Source: Dehalococcoidia bacterium
Lineage (GTDB): Bacteria; Chloroflexota; Dehalococcoidia; UBA6926
Direction of reading: 5' to 3'
Assembly: GCA_965224255.1 (NCBI GenBank)
Contig: CBDCYO010000005.1
Location: forward strand, 1,035,771 to 1,099,770
DNA: 64,000 nt
Shown piece after piece: positions 39,163 through 48,010 of this stretch (positions are counted from its first letter, which is position 1; each line of letters opens with the position of its first letter). The notes beneath the pieces are model-generated. The model was not told the DNA's origin. It saw nothing but the letters and a program-made list of their open reading frames with translations, and ran no database searches. Position numbers and translations under genes: made by a program.

Positions 39163-39967
39163 CGAAGGTCGGTCTGGACTGCTTGGGATCCGCGCGGAAG
39201 ACGCGCGGATCCGCCTGATCGTCAGGCAAGGGGACGGGGACGGCGACTATAGCTCCCTTACCTCCCTGTCAGAGGATGCAGAGCGCGCGCGGGACATTCT
39301 CAATGAGCTACTCAATTTCATGGATTTTGCGGCGGAGATATCCGTCTACGTTCCGGGAAGTGATCCGACGCGCCAATCCGAACCCGGGGATCCCATCGTT
39401 CTGGATATTGAGCGAGAGGACGCAGGTCTGCTGATTGGGCGGCGCGGCCAGACGCTCCACCACATGCAGATGCTCCTGAACACCATCGTCTCCCGCACCG
39501 CCGGACATTACGTACCCCTGCGGATTGACGTCGAGGGGTATCAGCAGCGACACATCTATCGCCTTCAACAGGTCGCCCTGCGCGCCGCAGATCACGTACG
39601 ACGACGGCGGCGGCCAATCACCCTCGAACCCATGCCACCGGCGGATCGACGTATCATTCACATGACGCTGGTCGACAATCCAAACGTCGTCACCGGCAGC
39701 ACCGGGCACGACGAGGATCGACGCGTCACCATCCAGCAAGCACCGCGCGGAGCCAGACAACCGGTGGCAGGCGCCCCCGCAGGCGCCCCCGCAAGCGCCC
39801 CGTCGTCCGCCGCTCCTCCCGCCCCAGTCGTCGACGATGACGACTATGACGATGATGATGATGACGCGGAATTCGACGATGAGTATGACGATGACGACTA
39901 TGACGATGATGACTACGAAGATGATGATGATACCGAGGAGAACGACGAGGCGCCTCCAACCCGCTAA
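39056..39967 (+). CDS. khpB: Jag/EloR/KhpB RNA-binding protein
   Basis: GKTVEEAI (Jag_N), LLIGRRGQTL (KH), RRIIH (R3H); acidic tail. Confidence 0.93.
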   Translation: MNQSLEWTGKTVEEAIRRGLADLGLDREDVDVDVLSEGRSGLLGIRAEDARIRLIVRQGDGDGDYSSLTSLSEDAERARDILNELLNFMDFAAEISVYVPGSDPTRQSEPGDPIVLDIEREDAGLLIGRRGQTLHHMQMLLNTIVSRTAGHYVPLRIDVEGYQQRHIYRLQQVALRAADHVRRRRRPITLEPMPPADRRIIHMTLVDNPNVVTGSTGHDEDRRVTIQQAPRGARQPVAGAPAGAPASAPSSAAPPAPVVDDDDYDDDDDDAEFDDEYDDDDYDDDDYEDDDDTEENDEAPPTR

Positions 39968-40042
39968 ACGCCTCCGCCATTCCTGCGCGGTGGGAGTCCA
40001 TCACAGGGGGCCGCAGATTTCGCCCCCTGTAGCCCACGTGCC

Positions 40043-40783
40043 GTGACCGGCAACGTTCCAGATTGCCTAGCAATCGGCGGGCCGAGCTCATCCGCTGCAT
40101 TGGCCGCAGTTGCCGCTGCCCGTTTGGGACGCGCCACCGGTCTGCTCGCGGCCAGTAAGCCGCCAGCAGCGTTCGCAGAATTGTTGACATCCATGCGCGT
40201 CACCGTGGTGGCCGGCCCGGCAACGCTACGTGCCGAACACATCCCATGGACGTGGCTGGATGCTGAGATTGTGCTCGCCGCGCCCGCGGCACACGAGATA
40301 GATTCCTTGATGCTTGGCAAGTTTAGCCGCTCACTTGTTGGGGTGATTACTCAAAGGGGATCCGGCCATGAAGGGGCATCCCCGGACACGCCGCCGCCGT
40401 CGACGCTGTTCCCTGGCATCGGGGCGCTCATTTGCGCCGAGCACGACCTACAGGCAGGTAAGGACGTCAACCCGCTTGACGCACCGGAGGCTCCCATCAT
40501 CGTGACGCTCAGCCCTACACTGAGGGTGCGCCTCCGATGGCAAGACACGTGGAGAGAGATCGCACCCGGCTCTCACGTGCGGCGCGCAGAAGATCCGGCC
40601 ATCCTTGCCACAACGGCCGCCGCCTTTCTCATTCGCCTCACCGAGACACGTGATGCGGTTTCCGCGGCGAGATTTGCCGCAGCCGCTGCATCACTCCTTC
40701 CAGATACGCAGCCACTCTCCACAGATGATTTCCCCACTCGCGAGGCAATCATCGCAGCCACCGCCCGAAGTCAATCCACCTGA
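40043..40783 (+). CDS. degenerate PfkB/ribokinase-like protein
   Basis: GG...AVAAARLG N-terminus and AAAFL.......AARFAAAAAS C-terminus; DTxGAGD is eroded (DPAILAT). Confidence 0.5.
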   Translation: MTGNVPDCLAIGGPSSSAALAAVAAARLGRATGLLAASKPPAAFAELLTSMRVTVVAGPATLRAEHIPWTWLDAEIVLAAPAAHEIDSLMLGKFSRSLVGVITQRGSGHEGASPDTPPPSTLFPGIGALICAEHDLQAGKDVNPLDAPEAPIIVTLSPTLRVRLRWQDTWREIAPGSHVRRAEDPAILATTAAAFLIRLTETRDAVSAARFAAAAASLLPDTQPLSTDDFPTREAIIAATARSQST

Positions 40784-40957
40784 CGAAGGCGGTGATGAGT
40801 GCCGACATGTCTCAATTCGCCGCAGACGTGGTTATGCATTCCATCCCGGCCTCTTTGTATTTATGCTGATGGCCGGTGGTTGTGGGGAGAGACACGTCTT
40901 GACACACGTCACGTATCATGTACGGCAAGACGCTGATCTCCGGAGGGGGCAGGTAGA

Positions 40958-41188
40958 ATGAGGCTAGGATTGATGCTTCTCTTGGTGGGTACCGTCATCA
41001 TTGGCGGGTATGGGGCGTACATGCTGCTGCGCTTCATTGTCTTGGCCGATGAGGTTCCCTTCCTGATCAGGATTGGCGTGCCAACAACCGTTATTGGCGC
41101 ACTCGTGGTTTTCGTCAAGTCTCTCTGGGACATGCTGAGGGCCAGACACAACCCGGACGTGCGCCGCTATGAGGAGACGCAACCATGA
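40958..41188 (+). CDS. small two-TM membrane protein
   Basis: Two hydrophobic helices; overlaps next gene by ATGA. Confidence 0.7.
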   Translation: MRLGLMLLLVGTVIIGGYGAYMLLRFIVLADEVPFLIRIGVPTTVIGALVVFVKSLWDMLRARHNPDVRRYEETQP

Positions 41189-41499
41189 TCATCGTGACAT
41201 CTGGCACCATCCCCGGAATGACCCTGACCGCTACGCTCGGAATGGTGTACGGCAATTCCGTACGCGCCCGCCATCTCGGTCGAGACATCACCGCCACATT
41301 CAGGAACATCGTTGGAGGCGAGGTTCCTGAATACGCGCAACTCATGGCGCAATCCCGCCTGGAAGCGATGGACAGAATGTCACAGCGGGCGGAAGACCTG
41401 GGCGCCAACGCCATCATCGCGGTGCGCTTCTCCACCTCCATGGTTATGTCCGGCGCGGCCGAACTACTCGCCTACGGCACTGCCGTCACGGCGGAATAG
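41185..41499 (+). CDS. YbjQ/UPF0145 family protein
   Basis: GRDI.A..RNIVGGE..EY..L....R..A..RM...A..LGANAI..VRF, ELLAYGTAV. Confidence 0.93.
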   Translation: MIIVTSGTIPGMTLTATLGMVYGNSVRARHLGRDITATFRNIVGGEVPEYAQLMAQSRLEAMDRMSQRAEDLGANAIIAVRFSTSMVMSGAAELLAYGTAVTAE

Positions 41500-41534
41500 G
41501 CCGGGCGAGCGTCCCATCGACTCACTCCATCCTG

Positions 41535-41777
41535 ATGTCAGCGACGATTTTCTGGCTGGCCGTTATCCTCCTCTATGTGGCCGTACAAGTTGGCGCCCAG
41601 ATCATCGCAGGGCGTGATCTGGGCAAACGCAAGCGCGTACGAGGCGGCAACCGATGGTTCTGGGTCGTCGTCATACTGTTGCTGCTTCCCGGCGCCCTCA
41701 CCTACCTCGCCTTTGGACGACTACCGGACAACGATACGATCTCGCCCGGGGCGTCGCGCCGCGTGACACGCTGGTGA
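41535..41777 (+). CDS. PLDc_N-like small membrane protein
   Basis: DL....VRGGNRWFWVVVILLLPGALTYLAFGR. Confidence 0.75.
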   Translation: MSATIFWLAVILLYVAVQVGAQIIAGRDLGKRKRVRGGNRWFWVVVILLLLPGALTYLAFGRLPDNDTISPGASRRVTRW

Positions 41778-41906
41778 AGCGCACGTCTTCAAGCGCAGAA
41801 ACTCCTTCCGCTTGACGTTGTCACGTGCCATTTTTCACAATAGATGTCTATTCAGGCACCGCGCAAACCCACAGAGATCAGGGAATTTCAGGCAGGTAGA
41901 CAGTCG

Positions 41907-44900
41907 ATGCCCTTTTCACCCGTCTCGAGCAGGGTCTCCTTCCCCGACATGGAAGGGGACATCCTCCGTTTCTGGAAGGAGAACAACATCTTCAAGCGCT
42001 CGATGAGTGAGCGCGAGAACGGCTCGATCTTCACGTTCTTCGAGGGCCCCCCCACTGCCAATGGCGCGCCCGGCGTTCACCACGTCCTCGCCCGCGTCTT
42101 CAAGGACGTGATCCCACGCTTCAAGACCATGCAGGGCTACCAGGTTCCGCGTAAGGGCGGATGGGACACGCATGGCCTCCCCGTTGAGCTTGCCGTCGAG
42201 GCCGAGCTTAACCTTTCGTCCAAACGCGACATCGAAGCATATGGCATTGCGGAATTCAATGAGAAGTGCAGGGAAAGCGTGTTCCGCTATGTTCAGGACT
42301 GGGAATCGCTTTCAGAACGCATCGCCTACTGGGTTGATATGGATGACCCATACGTCACGTATTCCAATGACTACATCGAATCCGGCTGGTGGATCTTTGG
42401 GCAGCTGTGGCAAAAGGGGCTGATCTATCAGGGGTATCGCGTGACGCCGCACTGCCCACGCTGCGTCACGTCATTGAGTTCGCATGAGGTGGCACTCGGC
42501 TACCGAGACGACGTCGAAGATCCGTCGGTCCACGTGAAGTTCCGCATCAAGGACGATAAAACGGCCCGAGATCTGCTCGGCGAGAACAGCACGACGGCGT
42601 ACCTCTTGGCCTGGACAACGACACCCTGGACGCTCCCCGGCAACACCGGACTCGCTGTGGCCATCGGTGCGCGTTACGTCATCGTTGAAGGTCCGTGGGG
42701 TCTGAACGGTGAGCCGGAGCGCCTCATCCTCTCCGAGGCTCTTATTGACCAGGCCATCGACGGGCCATATACGACCCTCAATACCATCCATGGCCGTGAT
42801 CTTGTCGGCCTGACCTATGAGCCGCTGTTTAACTACGCCGTCCCGCCGGGCTATGCAGGCCAGGTCGTTGCAGCGGATTTCGTCCTGCTGACGGAAGGCA
42901 CCGGCATCGTCCACATCGCGCCCGCGTATGGCGCAGAGGATCTGAGCGTGGGACAGGCAGAGGGTCTGCCCGTCGTGCACGTCGTCACCATCGATGGTAA
43001 CGTCTCGGATCACGACGGCATGCCCTGGTCCGGCACGTTTTTCAAGGACGCGGATCCGGCCATCACCGAAGATCTGCGACAGCGTGGCCTGCTCCTCCGC
43101 GGTGGCGCCATCACCCACACGTATCCCTTCTGCTGGCGGTGCGATTCACCACTCCTGTATTACGCAAAGGAGTCCTGGTACATACGGACAACCGCGCTCA
43201 AGGAGCGGCTCATTTCTGCCAATCGTGAAATCGGCTGGGTACCCGAACACATGCGTGAGGGGCGCTTCGGTGAGTGGCTGCAGAACAACGTGGATTGGGC
43301 CCTTTCCCGTGAGCGTTACTGGGGGACGCCCATCCCTCTCTGGATCTGCGCGGACTGCGGTAATGAAACCGCTCTCAGCAGTATCCAGGAACTCGCCTCT
43401 CAGCCGGGCCTTCAGGGGTACACGGACGGCTTGGATCTCCATCGGCCGTTCATTGACGCCGTCACTTTCTCCTGTGACGCATGCGGCGGCTCCAAGAGGC
43501 GTATTCCGGAAGTCATGGACGCCTGGTACGACTCCGGGGCGATGCCCATCGCGCAATGGCACTACCCGTTCGAGAATGCGGATATCTTCGAGCAGCAGCA
43601 GATGGCGGATTATATCTGCGAGGGCGTGGATCAGACGCGCGGATGGTTTTATACGTTGCACGCGCTTGCCGTCCTGCTCTTTGACCGGCCTGCCTACCGT
43701 CATGTGCTGTCCTTAGGCCACATCCTGGATGAGGACGGTGAGAAGATGTCTAAGTCTCGCGGCAACGTCGTGGAGCCGTGGGAGATCCTGAACACGCATG
43801 GCGCCGACGCCCTGCGGTGGTACATGTATACGGCCTCAACACCGGGCAATGCGCGCCGTTTCTCCGCCAACCTCGTCAGCGATACCATCCGTCGCTTTCT
43901 CTTGCCGCTATGGAACACCTACAGCTTCTTCGTCACGTACGCCAACGTGGACGGGTTTGATCCTATCGCCACTCCCACCCTGCCTCTCGCAGACCGCCCG
44001 CTGCTTGATCGATGGCTCATTTCCCGCCTGAATGGGTTGGTCACGGGCGTCACGGACGCCATGGAGCGGTACGAAGTCATGGAGGCGACGCACGCCATTG
44101 AGTCGTTTGTCGATGAGCTCTCCACGTGGTACATACGCCGTAATCGACGCCGATTCTGGAAGTCTGACAATGACGCAGACAAGGCCGCTGCCTATCGCAC
44201 GCTCTATGAAACGCTAACGACCCTTGCCCGCCTTCTCGCCCCGTTCACCCCGTTCATCGCGGAACACATGCACCGCAATCTTGCGGCCGCGCTCCCTGAC
44301 GCTGCGCCAGCGAGTGTCCACCTCGCTGACTGGCCTCAGGCGGACGCTGCGCTGCGCGACAACAAAACAGAAGATGATGTTCGCCTTGCCGTACGTCTCT
44401 CCAGTCTGGGCCGCGCCGTGCGCGGCCGCGCGCAGATCAAGGTCCGCCAGCCGTTGCAGGAACTGCTGGTCATGCTGCCGGGCCGAGCAGATCAGGAATC
44501 GCTGGCCCGCATCGAGGATCAACTCAAGGAGGAACTCAACGTCAAGGCCGTGCGGCCCGTCGATGATGAATCTGCGTTCCTTTCCGTCCGCCTCCTGCCC
44601 AATTTGCAGCTCCTCGGACGACGCCTTGGTGCCGACTTGCCAAAGCTCGCCGCGCATCTTGCGGGGCTGGGTGATGGCGAACTTCAAACCGTTGCAGCGC
44701 GTGTCCGCAACAAGCAGCCGCAGGACCTCGCCGGTTTCACACTTTCGCATGAGGATCTGATTCTTGACACGTCAGACCGCCCTGGTTTTCTGTCCGGCGC
44801 AGAGGGAGTCTATTCGCTGGCGCTGAATACAGAGGTCACTGAAAAACTCGCGCGAGAAGGATTGGCCCGTGAGCTTGTGCGGCGCCTGCAAGAGTTGCGC

Positions 44901-45116
44901 CGTGATGCTGATCTCAATGTCTCGGACCGCATCAGGGCCTATGTCTCCGGGGGCGACGCGAGGCTTGCGGGCGCGCTGAGCGATTTCGGCGACTACGTGA
45001 GACAGGAAACGCTCGCCATCGACATCCTGCAGTCACCGCCAGTGGACGGCACAGCGACAAACTCCGTCACAATCGATGACCTACCCGTGACCCTGGGGGT
45101 GGAAAGAGCGGAGTGA
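41907..45116 (+). CDS. ileS: isoleucyl-tRNA synthetase, type 2
   Basis: EGPPTANG.PGVHH, GWDTHGLP, WTTTPWTLP, GTGIVH, EGVDQTRGWF, KMSKS; type-2 C-terminal EGLARELVRRLQ. Confidence 0.97.
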   Translation: MPFSPVSSRVSFPDMEGDILRFWKENNIFKRSMSERENGSIFTFFEGPPTANGAPGVHHVLARVFKDVIPRFKTMQGYQVPRKGGWDTHGLPVELAVEAELNLSSKRDIEAYGIAEFNEKCRESVFRYVQDWESLSERIAYWVDMDDPYVTYSNDYIESGWWIFGQLWQKGLIYQGYRVTPHCPRCVTSLSSHEVALGYRDDVEDPSVHVKFRIKDDKTARDLLGENSTTAYLLAWTTTPWTLPGNTGLAVAIGARYVIVEGPWGLNGEPERLILSEALIDQAIDGPYTTLNTIHGRDLVGLTYEPLFNYAVPPGYAGQVVAADFVLLTEGTGIVHIAPAYGAEDLSVGQAEGLPVVHVVTIDGNVSDHDGMPWSGTFFKDADPAITEDLRQRGLLLRGGAITHTYPFCWRCDSPLLYYAKESWYIRTTALKERLISANREIGWVPEHMREGRFGEWLQNNVDWALSRERYWGTPIPLWICADCGNETALSSIQELASQPGLQGYTDGLDLHRPFIDAVTFSCDACGGSKRRIPEVMDAWYDSGAMPIAQWHYPFENADIFEQQQMADYICEGVDQTRGWFYTLHALAVLLFDRPAYRHVLSLGHILDEDGEKMSKSRGNVVEPWEILNTHGADALRWYMYTASTPGNARRFSANLVSDTIRRFLLPLWNTYSFFVTYANVDGFDPIATPTLPLADRPLLDRWLISRLNGLVTGVTDAMERYEVMEATHAIESFVDELSTWYIRRNRRRFWKSDNDADKAAAYRTLYETLTTLARLLAPFTPFIAEHMHRNLAAALPDAAPASVHLADWPQADAALRDNKTEDDVRLAVRLSSLGRAVRGRAQIKVRQPLQELLVMLPGRADQESLARIEDQLKEELNVKAVRPVDDESAFLSVRLLPNLQLLGRRLGADLPKLAAHLAGLGDGELQTVAARVRNKQPQDLAGFTLSHEDLILDTSDRPGFLSGAEGVYSLALNTEVTEKLAREGLARELVRRLQELRRDADLNVSDRIRAYVSGGDARLAGALSDFGDYVRQETLAIDILQSPPVDGTATNSVTIDDLPVTLGVERAE

Positions 45117-45172
45117 TGAATCTGAGCGCATGCCTATCCCCTGGGCGGGTGCGGCTGCCATCATGGGGCCAC

Positions 45173-46144
45173 TCAACCCGGTAGAGTTACTCCGATGAAC
45201 TCAGGGTGGCCGCGTACGAAGTCACGGGAGGTCATTGCGCGGCGACCCTCCGCTTGCACTTCCAGCAGTTCCAACAGCCCCTCGCCCGTCCCGACGGCCA
45301 CACCCGCGCCGCCTCCGTCTTCTGAGCGTCGCAGCCGGACGATGCGGCCTGGCGGCGTGCCGCGCGCATCATATTCCTCCGGCAGGGCGACGGCACGCAG
45401 AATGCCCAGCCGTTTGCCTGCCAGCCACGTGTACGCGCCCGGCCACGGAGTCATGGCGAGGATGTGGCGCTCAAGCTCGATTGCGGACCGATCAAAGCCC
45501 ACCTCACCATCCCCTTTCACAAGCAGGCGAGAGTGTGTCGCAAGGCCGTGATCTTGCGGACTTGGCGTTAGCGTGCCCTCCAGCCAGCCGGAAAGTGTCT
45601 CGATCAGTAGCCCTGCGCCGATCTGTGCAAGCCGATCCGTCAGCTCCCCGGCCGTCTCGCCGGCCCGAATGGGTACAACTCTTTGGCTCAGAATTGGCCC
45701 CGTATCGATACCTTCGTCAAGGAGGAAAATGCTCACGCCGGCGTTCTCATCGCCCTCCAGTACCGTTGAGACGACTGGCGCCGGCCCCCGATGACGCGGA
45801 AGCAGCGAAGGATGGACGTTCATCACGCCACGTGGTGGGGCTGCAAGCACGTTCCGCGGAAAGATCAGCCCGTACGCCGCTGTCACAATGACGGACGGCG
45901 CCAGCGCGGTCAGTCGTTCCACCGACTCGTCATCGCGCAGTGTCCGTGGCTCGCGGACATCAAGCCCGTATTGGAGGGCGCGTTCCTTCACTGGTGAGCG
46001 ACGCTCTCGACGGCCTCGTCCGGCCGGCTGATCTGCGCGCGTATAGATGCTCACGGGTCTGAGTTCAGACGCCATGAGGGCATCGAGCATCGGCACTGCA
46101 AAGTCTGCCGTGCCGCAGAAGATGATGCGTGGTTTTGGTGTCAT
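45173..46144 (-). CDS. fmt: methionyl-tRNA formyltransferase
   Basis: IIFCGTADFA, GRG, AYG, NVHPSLLPRHRGPAP, DTGP, PWPGA. Confidence 0.96.
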   Translation of the reverse strand: MTPKPRIIFCGTADFAVPMLDALMASELRPVSIYTRADQPAGRGRRERRSPVKERALQYGLDVREPRTLRDDESVERLTALAPSVIVTAAYGLIFPRNVLAAPPRGVMNVHPSLLPRHRGPAPVVSTVLEGDENAGVSIFLLDEGIDTGPILSQRVVPIRAGETAGELTDRLAQIGAGLLIETLSGWLEGTLTPSPQDHGLATHSRLLVKGDGEVGFDRSAIELERHILAMTPWPGAYTWLAGKRLGILRAVALPEEYDARGTPPGRIVRLRRSEDGGGAGVAVGTGEGLLELLEVQAEGRRAMTSRDFVRGHPEFIGVTLPG

Positions 46145-46197
46145 TTTTCTCGTGCCGTAGCAGGCATCCACTATGGGTACCCTCGGATTATTGAGCT

Positions 46198-46399
46198 ATT
46201 GCGAGTTAGTCGCAATGGCGGATTCGCGCCGCCAATTGGCATATCCGTAGGCACCATGACGGTTTGCGGCTCTACCTTCTCGACGCGTCTCTTGGGGCAG
46301 GTGCTACGGTTAGTTCTTGCGGCTGGCCGCGTCCATGTCCAGAGCCATCTACGGCGTGCCGTCCAGATTTGGGCCCCTTGGCCCCATTAGCATTGCGAC
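46198..46399. promoter_or_regulatory. ATTGCGA inverted repeat plus third half-site in fmt-dnaA intergenic region
   Basis: ATTGCGA-GTTAG-TCGCAAT (46198-46216); CATTGCGAC (46391-46399) is the exact reverse complement of 46209-46217. Confidence 0.4.
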
Positions 46400-46426
46400 G
46401 AGATTGAGTGAGAGGAAACCGCTCAA

Positions 46427-47833
46427 ATGGTGGATGATCTTGCGCAAGATATCTGGAAGGAGGCGTTGACCCGCCTTCGCACGCAGATGAGCGCAGCCGC
46501 GTACACCATGTGGCTTGAGAGTACGCGTGGATTCTCCCTCAGTGACGACGAGATTATCGTTGCAGTCCAGACCGAATATGAGCAGCACTGGCTCCAAGCA
46601 TCTCTGGTCCCCATGATGGAGCGCGCCGCCTCCGAAATCCGAAAGCGGCCCGTCCGGGTGGTGCTTGAAGTCGCCAGCGAGGACGCCGTGACGTCCGTCC
46701 CCTCACGGGCAGCCGCAGCCACGAAACTCGATTTGACCGATGACATCCCTTCCGCACCACGCCTGACGCACGCAGCCCGCTCCTACGTGCTTGGCACGCG
46801 CCCTGACCCGCAGCTGACGTTTGACCAATTCGTCGTTGGGGACAACACGCGCCTCGCGTACGCGGCCGCCGCGAAGGTCGCCTCAGAGTCTCTGCGAGCA
46901 TACAACCCACTTGTCCTCTACGGGCCGCCTGGGCTCGGCAAGACACATCTCCTGCATGCCATTGCCAACGAGGCACCCCACCACTCGCTCACAACCCTGC
47001 TGGCCACGGCGGAACAATTCGTCCACGATTACGTGACATCAGTCCAAGGCAAGACAACGGAACGGTTCCGCTCCCTCTATCGTTCCCCGGACATCCTCAT
47101 CATCGATGACGTGCAGTTCGTCTGCGGCAAGATCAAGAGTGAGGAGGCCCTGCTCCACACGTGCGGGGCACTTATCGGCGCTGGCCAACAGATCGTCCTT
47201 TCGGCGGACAGGACGCCGGAGGCCCTGCAGTTCAAGAACCCCCGACTCGCCGCCAGACTCCATGCAGGTCTCCCCGTTGACATCAAACCTCCCGATCGCC
47301 GGACGCGCTCCAATATCCTCGCCTTCAAGGCCTCTCGCTATGGGACTGAGATGCCGGATGATGTTCTGGCCTACCTCGCTGCGCGCCGTTTCACCAGCGT
47401 CAGCCAGATGGAGGGAGACCTCACCAAGGTCATCGCCCACGCGACCTTGCTCAATGAGCCCCTCACGCTTGATCTGGCACAACGGGCACTGGTACCGAGA
47501 CCGGCCGGTCTCGATACTGCGCCCATCACAATCGACGCGATCATACGCGCCACTGCCGCTTATTTCGACCTTAAGCCGGCAACCCTCATCGAACGGAGCA
47601 TGGATCGCTCCATCATGGACGCTCGCCAACTCGCCATGTATCTGGCACGACACCATACCAGCGCCTCGCTGGCCCATATTGGTGAGTCATTCGGTGGCCG
47701 GAAGAAGTCTGCGGTCACAAACGGCATTCAGCGCGTCACAGAACGGATCTCAACCGCTCCTGCCCTCCAGGAGGCCGTGACGGAAATACTGAGTCTGGCT
47801 CGTACAGCAAAAGGCTCACCGCGGGAACGTTAG
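46427..47833 (+). CDS. dnaA: chromosomal replication initiator DnaA (divergent)
   Basis: TFDQFVVG, YNPLVLYGPPGLGKTHL, LIIDDVQF, ARQLAMYL, IG..FGGR; followed by obgE-nadD. Confidence 0.92.
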   Translation: MVDDLAQDIWKEALTRLRTQMSAAAYTMWLESTRGFSLSDDEIIVAVQTEYEQHWLQASLVPMMERAASEIRKRPVRVVLEVASEDAVTSVPSRAAAATKLDLTDDIPSAPRLTHAARSYVLGTRPDPQLTFDQFVVGDNTRLAYAAAAKVASESLRAYNPLVLYGPPGLGKTHLLHAIANEAPHHSLTTLLATAEQFVHDYVTSVQGKTTERFRSLYRSPDILIIDDVQFVCGKIKSEEALLHTCGALIGAGQQIVLSADRTPEALQFKNPRLAARLHAGLPVDIKPPDRRTRSNILAFKASRYGTEMPDDVLAYLAARRFTSVSQMEGDLTKVIAHATLLNEPLTLDLAQRALVPRPAGLDTAPITIDAIIRATAAYFDLKPATLIERSMDRSIMDARQLAMYLARHHTSASLAHIGESFGGRKKSAVTNGIQRVTERISTAPALQEAVTEILSLARTAKGSPRER

Positions 47834-48005
47834 CCCAACCACTCCCGAGACCGGCTCACGGGGCGTCCCACCATAGCCCCGTCATAGTCCGTCCCTAGGA
47901 CACCGTTAGCCCATTCCCACAACACCGGCTGTGCTAAAAACACATTGGCCGGCCCATCTATACCATTCTTAGTAGGATTATAAGAATGAGACCTTCTATA
48001 TGCTG
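47828..48005. other. candidate oriC region
   Basis: Intergenic region after dnaA with repeated (G/C)(T/A)TAG(C/T)CC motifs, a GC clamp GGCCGGCCC and an AT-rich tract containing CATTCTTA-N9-TAAGAATG. Confidence 0.45.
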
Positions 48006-48010
48006 TCAAA

